Below are positions 56,459 through 64,000 of a stretch of DNA of 64,000 nucleotides, piece by piece. The DNA lies in assembly GCA_039184115.1 (NCBI GenBank), contig JBCDBK010000002.1, forward strand, positions 18,071 through 82,070. The letters are read 5' to 3'. The position numbers were made by a program, and so were the translations under genes. Positions within the stretch are counted from its first letter, which is position 1, and each line of letters starts with the position of its first letter. The notes beneath the pieces were generated by a model. It made no database searches and had not been told where the DNA came from. It worked only from the letters and a program-made list of their open reading frames with translations. Origin of the DNA: Planctomycetota bacterium (lineage in GTDB: Bacteria; Planctomycetota; Planctomycetia; Pirellulales; Lacipirellulaceae).

Positions 56459-58015
56459 ATGAATCGTCTGCTCTTGCTTTGTTGTCTCTACTGTTTCTCT
56501 GCCAACCATGTGCTAGCTGAGCAAGAAGCAGTCAGTCTGGAAGAAACCCTAGACGCCGATTCCCAGGACCAAGCCAAACCAGACGCGACAGACGATCAAC
56601 CCAAGCCCTCGATCACCAATCACGTTGCCACGATCGCGGACCAGGAGATCACCTACACAGCCACAGCCGGAAAAATGCGGCTACGAAACGACGCTGGCGA
56701 CGATAAGGCTGATGTATTCTTCGTGGCCTACACCAAGGACGAGGCCCAGACCGCCGATCGTCCGATTACCTTTTGCTTCAATGGTGGCCCCGGTTCTTCG
56801 TCCGTCTGGCTTCACCTGGGCATGCTTGGTCCGCAACGGGTTAAGCTAAGTGACGATGCGAAACCCGCGAAGCCTCCGCATCAGCTCGTTGACAATCCCT
56901 ACTCGCTGCTCGACATCACCGACTTGGTGTTCATCGATCCCGTGAGCACCGGCTTCAGTCGTGCCGCCAAAGGTGAAAAGAAAAGCCAGTTTCACGGCTA
57001 CGACGAAGATGTGCGTAGCGTCGGACAGTTCATCCATGATTACACTACCGAATATGGACGATGGTCGTCGCCTAAGTTCTTGTTGGGCGAAAGCTACGGG
57101 GGCCTGCGTGCCGCTGGGCTTAGCGGTGAGTTGCAGCGGCGCTACCACATGTATCTCAATGGTATCGTCATTATCTCCGGCGTGATCGATTTTCAAACGC
57201 TGCGTGCATCAGGCAACAACGACATCGCCTACGCGTTATTCCTTCCCAGCTACGCAGCCACCGCTTGGTATCACAACACGCTCAGCGATCAGCTGCAAAG
57301 CAAATCGGTCGAAGAGATCGTCGCTGAGGCCGAAGCGTTCGCTATTGGGCCCTATCTGCGGGCGTTGCTTGCTGGTGATTCGCTCGCCGAAGACGGGCGT
57401 CAGACAGTCGTCGAGCGGATGGCAGAACTAACCGGCCTCTCCACAAACTACATCGACCGGGCCAACCTTCGCGTTCCGATGCAACGTTTCGGCAAAGAAC
57501 TGCTGCGGTCACGCCGGCAGGTCGTCGGACGGTTCGACAGCCGCTACATCGGCGTCGATCGTGACCACGTGGGCGATAAAATGGGACACGATCCCAGCGG
57601 TTCCGCCTTCTTCGGTCCCTACACTTCGGCCATGAACGATTACCTACGCAATACGCTCAACGTCGAAGAGGATCGCGTCTACGAGATCCTCACCGGCAAC
57701 GTCCATCCGTGGGACTATAGCGAGTTCACCAATCGCTACGTCAACGCTTCGGAGACCTTACGAAGGTCGATGTCGGACAATCCTTACCTAAAAGTCCATG
57801 CCGCTTGCGGCTATTTCGATCTGGCGACCCCTTCGTTCGCCATGGAGTACACCCGCGACCATTTGGGGCTAGCACCAAAGTTGCGAGGCAATTTTTCGAC
57901 CAGTTTTTACCCAGCCGGCCACATGATGTACGTCCACGAACCCTCACTGGTCAAGCTTCGTGACGATTTGATGAAGTTCTACAAATCGACCCTTGTCAGC
58001 GACGCTTCGCAATGA
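56459..58015 (+). CDS. secreted serine carboxypeptidase (peptidase S10 family)
   Basis: Signal peptide MNRLLLLCCLYCFSANHVLA. FNGGPGSSSVWLHLGMLGP and the catalytic-serine motif LLGESYGG. Confidence 0.85.
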   Translation: MNRLLLLCCLYCFSANHVLAEQEAVSLEETLDADSQDQAKPDATDDQPKPSITNHVATIADQEITYTATAGKMRLRNDAGDDKADVFFVAYTKDEAQTADRPITFCFNGGPGSSSVWLHLGMLGPQRVKLSDDAKPAKPPHQLVDNPYSLLDITDLVFIDPVSTGFSRAAKGEKKSQFHGYDEDVRSVGQFIHDYTTEYGRWSSPKFLLGESYGGLRAAGLSGELQRRYHMYLNGIVIISGVIDFQTLRASGNNDIAYALFLPSYAATAWYHNTLSDQLQSKSVEEIVAEAEAFAIGPYLRALLAGDSLAEDGRQTVVERMAELTGLSTNYIDRANLRVPMQRFGKELLRSRRQVVGRFDSRYIGVDRDHVGDKMGHDPSGSAFFGPYTSAMNDYLRNTLNVEEDRVYEILTGNVHPWDYSEFTNRYVNASETLRRSMSDNPYLKVHAACGYFDLATPSFAMEYTRDHLGLAPKLRGNFSTSFYPAGHMMYVHEPSLVKLRDDLMKFYKSTLVSDASQ

Positions 58016-58094
58016 AAATCTTGGGAGGTAAGATACCTCGGGACGACTGCGTCTCAGCGGAAACCCCAAGTTCCCTCACACAAGGAGCCAACCT

Positions 58095-58838
58095 ATGAGC
58101 TTCGATATCGATGGAAAAGTCGCCCTCGTGACCGGCGCAAATCGTGGCATTGGCAAAGCAATCCTGGAATCGCTGCTGGAGCATGGAGCCTCCAAGGTCT
58201 ACGCAGCCGTCAGAGATGTCGACTCGGCTGCTCCACTGGTCGAGGCCCACGGCGAGCGAGTCGTGCCGATCGCTCTGGATCTGGCCAAGCCCGAGACGAT
58301 TGTCGCCGCCGCTGACACCGCCGACGACGTGCAATTGGTCGTCAACAACGCTGGCGTTTTACGCAATGCTACGCCTTTGGCCGCAGATGCAATCGACGCG
58401 TTACAGTTTGAAATCGACATCAATGTATTCGGACTGATGCGTGTGGCACAGGCGTTCGCTCCGGTACTGAAGTCTAACGGTGGCGGCGCGTTGGTGCAGC
58501 TCAACTCGGTGGCTTCGATGAAGAATTTTGCCGACTTCGCAACGTACTCTGCTTCGAAGGCCGCGTCGTATTCGATCACGCAGGCCCTGCGAGAGTTGCT
58601 CGACGCGCAGGGTACCGCTGTCGTTAGCGTGCATCCTGGTCCGATCGCCACCGATATGGCCGACGATGCTGGCTTGACCGAGATTGCCGAACCCGCGTCG
58701 TTGGTCGGCGACGGAATTGTCGCGGCTCTCAAGGCCGGCGACTTCCATCTGTTCCCCGATTCGATGGCTAAACAGATTGGTGGAGTCTACCAAAGTTTTG
58801 CCGAAAACATCGTCGAGGCCCAATTGATGGAGGGCTAA
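58095..58838 (+). CDS. short-chain dehydrogenase/reductase (SDR)
   Basis: AAGGAG Shine-Dalgarno sequence upstream. [20 protein letters not shown] and YSASKAA. Confidence 0.9.
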   Translation: MSFDIDGKVALVTGANRGIGKAILESLLEHGASKVYAAVRDVDSAAPLVEAHGERVVPIALDLAKPETIVAAADTADDVQLVVNNAGVLRNATPLAADAIDALQFEIDINVFGLMRVAQAFAPVLKSNGGGALVQLNSVASMKNFADFATYSASKAASYSITQALRELLDAQGTAVVSVHPGPIATDMADDAGLTEIAEPASLVGDGIVAALKAGDFHLFPDSMAKQIGGVYQSFAENIVEAQLMEG

Positions 58839-58881
58839 ACACGGATTCGAGCAAATCGCCAGCTTTCGATTACTTCGAGCG

Positions 58882-58909
58882 TTGGCAGGTGACCGCTGGG
58901 CGCTATAAT
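58882..58909 (+). promoter_or_regulatory. near-consensus sigma70-type promoter upstream of the AAA+ ATPase gene
   Basis: TTGGCA (58882-58887), a 16 nt spacer, then TATAAT (58904-58909), 56 nt upstream of ATG 58965. The -35 element lies inside the left arm of a 15 bp inverted repeat (see findings). Confidence 0.4.
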
Positions 58910-58964
58910 CAGACGTGACAGAAGTCGCGATTAGCTTCCCTCCACTCACCTGCCAACGCTGTTT

Positions 58965-60380
58965 ATGTCTATTACCACCGAGTCCCGCCCCACAACGCTT
59001 GCCGAACTTCTTGAATCTGGTTGGACTAGCAAGTCGGTCAAGCAAGAGATTCACGATAACTTTCTCCGCAAACTGCAGGCAGGCGAAGAACTCTATCCAG
59101 GCATCATTGGCTACGACGACACCGTCGTGCCCGAGCTGAACATCGCGCTGCTGGCCCAGCACGATATTCTGTTCCTCGGAGAAAAGGGTCAGGCCAAGAG
59201 CCGACTAATGCGTTTGCTCGTCAACTTTTTGGACGAGGCGATTCCTTATCTGGCAGATCCGGCGATTCCAATTCATGACGATCCGCTGAACCCTATTACT
59301 CGGCGAGGCAAAGAGATCGCAGCCGATCGCCCCACCGAAGACGTGCCAATCGCCTGGTGGTCACGCGAAGACCGTTATGCGGAACGCCTCTCGCCGGGAA
59401 CCAAGTTTGCCGACATCATCGGCGAGATCGACCCGGCTAAGCTCGCCACTGGCGTGAGCATGAGCGCCGAGGACGCCTTGCACTTCGGACTGATCCCGCG
59501 CATGCACCGCGGCATCTTCGCGATGAACGAGCTGCCCGAACTCGACGAGTTGGTGCAAGTCGGACTCTTCAACATTCTCGAAGAACGCGATGTGCAGATC
59601 CGCGGCTATCCGGTCAAGTTTGACATCGACGTGCTGATTCTGTTTAGCGCTAACCCAGCCACTTACAATCGCAGTGGCAAAGTGATTCCGCAACTGAAAG
59701 ATCGTATTGGCTCGCTGATTCACACGCATTACCCGCTGGAACGCGAATTGGGCGTGCAGATCTTGGAGCAAGAAGCTGGATCAAAGGCTGGCTCCGAAGT
59801 CATTGTCCCCTACTTCATGCAGGAACTCGTCGAAGAGATCAGCCGCTCGGCGCGTAATTCCAAGTACATTGACCACGAATCGGGCGTCAGCGCGCGGCTA
59901 TCGATCGCCAACTATCGAACGATGGTCGCCAGCGCCAGGCAAAGAGCGGCGGTGCTGGGCGAATCACCGGCAGTACCGCGCATTAGTGATCTGGGTCACT
60001 TGTATGCGTCGTCGCTGGGGAAATTGGAACTCGATTTGATGGGCACGCATCAGATGAGCGAACGCCAGGTGCTCGACGCGGTCATGGCCGAAGCGATCGC
60101 GACCGTTTTTGGCGAGTACGTCGAGCGTCATGGACTGGAAGAGATCGGCCACATCTTCTCGCAAGGGGTGAAAATCGAAGTGGGCGATATGCTGCCATCC
60201 TCGCATTACGCACAGTTGCTCGAACGCGTACCGCCCGTTTGGGACAAGGCGTTCGAAGTCAATGCCAGCGACAACGAAGCCGTACGTGCCTCGTGCGTCG
60301 AATTCGTACTCGCCGGTCTCTACGCCACCGACCGAATCAGCCGCAGCCAGCAGCACGGTCGCATCATATACGAGGTTTAG
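58965..60380 (+). CDS. AAA+ ATPase, ChlI/MoxR-like, with variant Walker motifs
   Basis: [18 protein letters not shown] is Walker-A-like (GxxGxAKS). [12 protein letters not shown] is Walker-B-like with N-E in place of D-E. The size and layout resemble Mg-chelatase-I-like ATPases. Confidence 0.6.
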   Translation: MSITTESRPTTLAELLESGWTSKSVKQEIHDNFLRKLQAGEELYPGIIGYDDTVVPELNIALLAQHDILFLGEKGQAKSRLMRLLVNFLDEAIPYLADPAIPIHDDPLNPITRRGKEIAADRPTEDVPIAWWSREDRYAERLSPGTKFADIIGEIDPAKLATGVSMSAEDALHFGLIPRMHRGIFAMNELPELDELVQVGLFNILEERDVQIRGYPVKFDIDVLILFSANPATYNRSGKVIPQLKDRIGSLIHTHYPLERELGVQILEQEAGSKAGSEVIVPYFMQELVEEISRSARNSKYIDHESGVSARLSIANYRTMVASARQRAAVLGESPAVPRISDLGHLYASSLGKLELDLMGTHQMSERQVLDAVMAEAIATVFGEYVERHGLEEIGHIFSQGVKIEVGDMLPSSHYAQLLERVPPVWDKAFEVNASDNEAVRASCVEFVLAGLYATDRISRSQQHGRIIYEV

Positions 60381-60401
60381 CGTACACAGATTGTCTCGGG
60401 C

Positions 60402-61199
60402 ATGAAAATCTCCGTTGTTCGCAACGATGCCGACCGCCTACAGTTGAAGCTGGTGCCAATCGCTGTGTGGCGCATGATCTTGTTCGGCCTACTGTTCTTG
60501 ACGGCTGGAGTGCTTGCCATTTGGGCACTCGGGAGCGTCACATACATCCGCTTGGACGAAAAGAAGCTGGTGGCTGAGGAGCTTTTCCTCAACCAATTCA
60601 CCGTGTCGCGTTTTGCTGTGCCCATGGATGCCATCGAAAAAGTGAATACCAAAATCTACGTTTCCGGTATCAACCGCAGCTACGAGGTCAGCGTGGTTGC
60701 AGACACCGCCGAGTATCCGATTCCAGTGGCAAGTCTGGACGGAGACCAAAAAGCAGCGCTCGCGTCACGAATAGACGCGGCGATTAAGTCTGCGCAACCG
60801 TTCGACTACAGCCAAGGTGTCGGACTGATGTGGACTGGAATCGCCGTCGGCACGACGGCGGTGATTGCGGGTTGCCTCTGCCTTGCCTATCTGCAGACGG
60901 CGACGATAATCGCCAATCGGAGCAGTGGAACATTTGAGGTGATGACGAAGCGTTGGCTCCTTCCGATTCGCCCGAGAAGAGACTGCATCGAAATCTCGAG
61001 TATTGTTCGCCTCGACGAGACTGATTTCAAGGTTGGCAGTAGCTCAGGCTCTCCAGCTGGCACTAGCAAGTTTGTATTTCTGAGAACCAAGCAAGGCCAC
61101 ACCATTCATCTGGCCGATGGCCCGATGTTCACAACCGAATCAGCATTCGAAATCCGCAGGTTGATAGAACCTTGGATAGAGAGATGCCAACGTGCCTGA
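60402..61199 (+). CDS. hypothetical membrane protein
   Basis: Two TM helices (ILFGLLFLTAGVLAIWALG and GIAVGTTAVIAGCLCLAYL), each followed by a ~90-100 aa soluble segment. No family recognised. Confidence 0.6.
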   Translation: MKISVVRNDADRLQLKLVPIAVWRMILFGLLFLTAGVLAIWALGSVTYIRLDEKKLVAEELFLNQFTVSRFAVPMDAIEKVNTKIYVSGINRSYEVSVVADTAEYPIPVASLDGDQKAALASRIDAAIKSAQPFDYSQGVGLMWTGIAVGTTAVIAGCLCLAYLQTATIIANRSSGTFEVMTKRWLLPIRPRRDCIEISSIVRLDETDFKVGSSSGSPAGTSKFVFLRTKQGHTIHLADGPMFTTESAFEIRRLIEPWIERCQRA

Positions 61200-61460
61200 A
61201 GTACGCTACTCGGTCTATTGTTTATTTACGGTCTGATAGCGCTGTCAGCAGGGCTATGCAGTGACGATTCTCGATCGCACGCCATGGTTAGTACGCATAG
61301 AGCGGTGCCTTGCTCAGTTGACAGTAGTTCTTTAACAGATATTGTCACAATGGTGGTTCTTCATAATCTCTATCGGTAGTTACGTGAACCTTTGATCGCG
61401 ATCTGCTAAGATGGTTTACTCATGGCTTTCTCGCTTGAGCATCGTACTGGAGCCACATGA

Positions 61461-62843
61461 ATGCGACTCGCGCTGATTCTTACCTGCTCATCCCTCTTCG
61501 GACCTTGCCTAGTCGAAACACTGGCCTCAGCGAAAGCGGTGCCGTTCGGTATCGCCGGCAAATTTAAGATGCTGTACGACGTACGGCAACGTCCCCAATC
61601 GGTTTTGCTCCATGGCCGTTTGTTCATCGTCTATAACGGTGACGCCAAACCCAGCAAGAGTGGCCAAGGCCGAGCGTATCCGATGATAGTCAGCTACGGC
61701 GTTGCCACCCGCGAATTTTCCGAATCCGTTCGATTGGGGTCTAACAGTAGCACCGACCATCATTTCAGTCCGATCATTTGGGCCGATGAGGACGACTACC
61801 TGCACGTGCTTTACGGTTGCCACAAGACGCCTGGCACCCACCTGATTTCCCGAGACCCGATCGAGCAAGGGACAATGCATATCGAGTGGGACGAAGCGCC
61901 TACCATTGCGCCCAGACTTTCCTACCCGACCGTCTACCGAATCTCCGGTAATCGAGAGCTGATCTACTACCGCACTGACGGCCACACGAGTTCGTGGACC
62001 TACCGCATCAGCGATGACAACGGACGTACTTGGGTCGGACCTTAGAATGACGTCACCGATCTCGACATCAACGGCAGGCTCGATTGGTCTTCGTATCAAA
62101 CGAAACTGCCAAGCAAGGATGGTCGCTATTTGCATGTGGTATATACGGACTATGACGACAATAAACACTCCCCAGATCCCAGTCGGTTCTACAATCCGCG
62201 ATACAACCAGCCGGTAAAAAACGGGTGGAAGTATAACCTCTCGTACATCCAAATCGACCTGCAGACGAACCACGTCCGCAACGCCCAAGGCGAAGTCTTG
62301 GAGACGCCAATCGACATCGACTACTCTAAAAAGAACTGTCAGATATGGGATACTGAATGGCGCGGAGCTGGTGTGCCTCCCGCAATCTGCCTCGACAACA
62401 ACGGCGATCCCGCCTTCTTGCATGTTCTGTCGGAGCAGGATGTGAAATCGCATCGTTACTACTACGTCCGACGCGTCGCGGAAGATTGGCTGACCACGCC
62501 AATTTGCGACTCTCCGCATCAGTGGAACAGCTGTCATCTCAGCCGCGACGCGAGCGGCAAAATTCATGCGTACGTCATCGTGGGCGATGGGTATTTGGAC
62601 GGCGGCTACATGGACCGTCATGGTGGCGGACGAATCGAGGAGTGGGTCTCGCTGAATGAAGGCCATACCTGGAATAGGCGACGCGTTGTTTCGCCCCAGA
62701 CGCAGGAGTACGACGGCTGGCGATTCAACAACGTACAACCTGTCGTCCGCCCCGATGGATCGTTGGTTGACGGGATGCTCCTATTCTACGGCTGGGGAGA
62801 TCGAGACGAGCCCAGTGCCAAAGCCTTTTTGATACACGAGTAA
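61461..62843 (+). pseudogene. BNR/Asp-box (BNR_4-like) protein gene interrupted by one in-frame TAG
   Basis: ORFs 61461..62045 and 62130..62843 are in the same frame. They are separated only by TAG at 62043-62045. The 84 nt between them read through as NDVTDLDINGRLDWSSYQTKLPSKDGRY with no further stop. Asp-boxes are present: SDDNGRTW immediately before the TAG, and SLNEGHTW later. The second ORF's track start is merely an internal TTG. A signal peptide is at the 5' end. Confidence 0.6.
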
Positions 62844-62874
62844 ATCGGCAGTAAAAACCGGAGCCAATAAGCTA

Positions 62875-62911
62875 TCCACGCTTCAGTTGCATGCTAGCGT
62901 GGAGCTTTTCT
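62875..62911 (+). terminator. probable intrinsic terminator after the BNR gene
   Basis: TCCACGCT-(13 nt loop)-AGCGTGGA is an 8 bp stem followed by GCTTTTCTC, 32 nt after the stop at 62843. Confidence 0.4.
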
Positions 62912-62998
62912 CAAGCCGCAAGGTCTTGCTGGTCGACACAATTGGAAGCGGTCTGTAGTGCGCGTCTGCGCGCTTGGCTGAGCAAGGAGGGGGAACAA

Positions 62999-63874
62999 AT
63001 GTCGACAGCATATGATCCAGTTGCGCGCCGGCGCGGACTGTTGGGCGGAGTCTACGACTCGATTGCCGACGTTGGCGGCGCGGTGCTCAATGCGATCGAA
63101 ACTTTGGGCGATTTGACGCTCTTCGCTTGGCGCACGCTCACTTGGCTAGCCACACGTCTGCCTCGGCGCGAAACGCTATTTGCCAACATGTATCAGATCG
63201 GCGTTCTGAGTCTGCCGGTCGTGGCGCTGACGGGCACCTTCATTGGCATGGTGCTAGCCGTGCAGTCATATACCCAATTCCGCGCTTTTGGGCTCGAAAC
63301 CCAACTCGGCGGCGTGATCAACAAATCGATGTTTCGCGAGCTTGGTCCTGTGCTCGCCGCCACCATGCTCGCGGGACGAGTGGGTAGCGCGATGGCGGCG
63401 GAGCTAGGCACGATGCGCGTGACCGAGCAGATCGACGCCCTGTCGAGCATGGGTGCCAATCCAATTCAATATCTGGTCGTGCCCAGGTTTCTCAGTTGCT
63501 TACTGTTGATTCCCTCACTGACGATCATGGCGGTGTTTATGGGAGTGATGGGTGGGCTGATTTACAGTGTCTTCATCCTCGACATTGACATGCACCACTA
63601 CATGTCGAACGGCAAACTGTTCGTCGAAAACTGGGACTTGTTTTACGGCGTGGTGAAGAGTGTGTTCTTTGGTGCCACGATTGGACTGCTCAGCTGTTAT
63701 CGAGGCTTTCACTGCCAGCCTGGCGCGGAAGGCGTAGGCAATGCCGCCACGACCGCATTCGTGCAGTCATTTGTCGTGATTATCGTGTTGGACTTATTCC
63801 TCAGCATTCTGTTGGACAGAGTTTACATCTTTTTCTGGCCACAAAGTCAGATGGCGATGTCACTAGCTGGATAA
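62999..63874 (+). CDS. mlaE: MlaE-family ABC transporter permease
   Basis: Track ORF 62891..63874, trimmed to ATG 62999, which is preceded by AAGGAGGGGG. LGPVLAATMLAGRVGSAMAAELGTMRVTEQIDALSSMGANPIQYLVVPRF is the MlaE/Ttg2B signature. Confidence 0.9.
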   Translation: MSTAYDPVARRRGLLGGVYDSIADVGGAVLNAIETLGDLTLFAWRTLTWLATRLPRRETLFANMYQIGVLSLPVVALTGTFIGMVLAVQSYTQFRAFGLETQLGGVINKSMFRELGPVLAATMLAGRVGSAMAAELGTMRVTEQIDALSSMGANPIQYLVVPRFLSCLLLIPSLTIMAVFMGVMGGLIYSVFILDIDMHHYMSNGKLFVENWDLFYGVVKSVFFGATIGLLSCYRGFHCQPGAEGVGNAATTAFVQSFVVIIVLDLFLSILLDRVYIFFWPQSQMAMSLAG

Positions 63875-63933
63875 GTTATGAATAAAGACGCCGTCACTCC
63901 GCACTATAGACCCAAGTTAGCCGGAAGGAAGAG

Positions 63934-64000
63934 ATGGTAGCGGCCGAACCCATTCTCAATGTCCATGCTTTAAGCGTCCGATTTGGGCGGCAGCAGGTGC
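63934..64000 (+). CDS. ABC transporter ATP-binding protein (MlaF-like), first 22 codons only
   Basis: ATG 63934 is preceded by GGAAGGAAGAG. MVAAEPILNVHALSVRFGRQQV is a typical ABC ATPase N-terminal strand. The ORF runs off the right edge. Confidence 0.5.
   Translation, partial: MVAAEPILNVHALSVRFGRQQV

Noticed and set aside
58401-59162. 253 aa ORF on the - strand spanning the SDR 3' end, the intergenic region and the ATPase 5' end
   Set aside because: It crosses a promoter-like intergenic region and overlaps two motif-supported + strand genes. No motifs were seen.
61527-62738. 403 aa ORF on the - strand
   Set aside because: It is antisense to the BNR/Asp-box gene, which has a signal peptide and Asp-boxes. 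The translation is Val/Arg-rich and featureless.
1-64000. Mobile elements, CRISPR arrays, tRNA/rRNA genes, prophage or defence-system genes
   Set aside because: I found no transposase or integrase motifs, no regularly spaced direct repeats and no tRNA-like T-arm or acceptor sequences in the intergenic regions. I also found no long terminal inverted repeats. The accessory character of the region rests on gene content only.

Overview
This is a gene-dense, GC-rich bacterial chromosome segment. I saw no rRNA, tRNA, CRISPR array, transposase or integrase. Protein families, seven PEP-CTERM tails and weak Shine-Dalgarno usage suggest a Planctomycetota (Pirellulales-like) genome; that is inference, not a database hit. 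Positions ~665-41400 form one large surface-polysaccharide locus. A divergent arm encodes a Wzc-type tyrosine autokinase, a PHP-type tyrosine phosphatase and a Wzy_C-TPR protein. The other arm is a ~34 kb co-directional + strand gene train headed by a NusG paralog. That train encodes a nucleotide-sugar dehydrogenase, a cytidylyltransferase-NeuB fusion (nonulosonic acid synthesis) and a HAD-like hydrolase. It also encodes oxidoreductases, a sulfotransferase, a PhyH-type dioxygenase, three hexapeptide acyltransferases and two or three methyltransferases. Assembly genes include a MurJ/Wzx-like flippase, a second Wzy-like protein and several GT-B glycosyltransferases. A cassette of bi-domain oxidoreductase, WbuB-like GT, WecB and a cytoplasmic heparinase II/III-like protein follows. 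The train ends with an exosortase fused to an EpsI domain, a TPR protein and a TIGR03790-like protein. Positions 41.4-54 kb carry seven PEP-CTERM cargo genes, one with an HExxH metalloprotease motif and one spondin-like. Interspersed are a secreted C45/Ntn hydrolase, a DUF998 membrane protein, a GT2 and a methyltransferase. The right ~10 kb is housekeeping-like: ilvD, an S10 carboxypeptidase, an SDR, a ChlI/MoxR-like ATPase, a BNR/Asp-box gene interrupted by one in-frame TAG, and mlaE plus the start of mlaF. The most interesting hypothesis is a NusG-paralog-driven locus for a sulfated, heavily decorated, nonulosonic-acid-containing polysaccharide that is physically coupled to an exosortase/PEP-CTERM sorting module. 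All functional calls come from motif recognition by eye and need HMM or BLAST confirmation.
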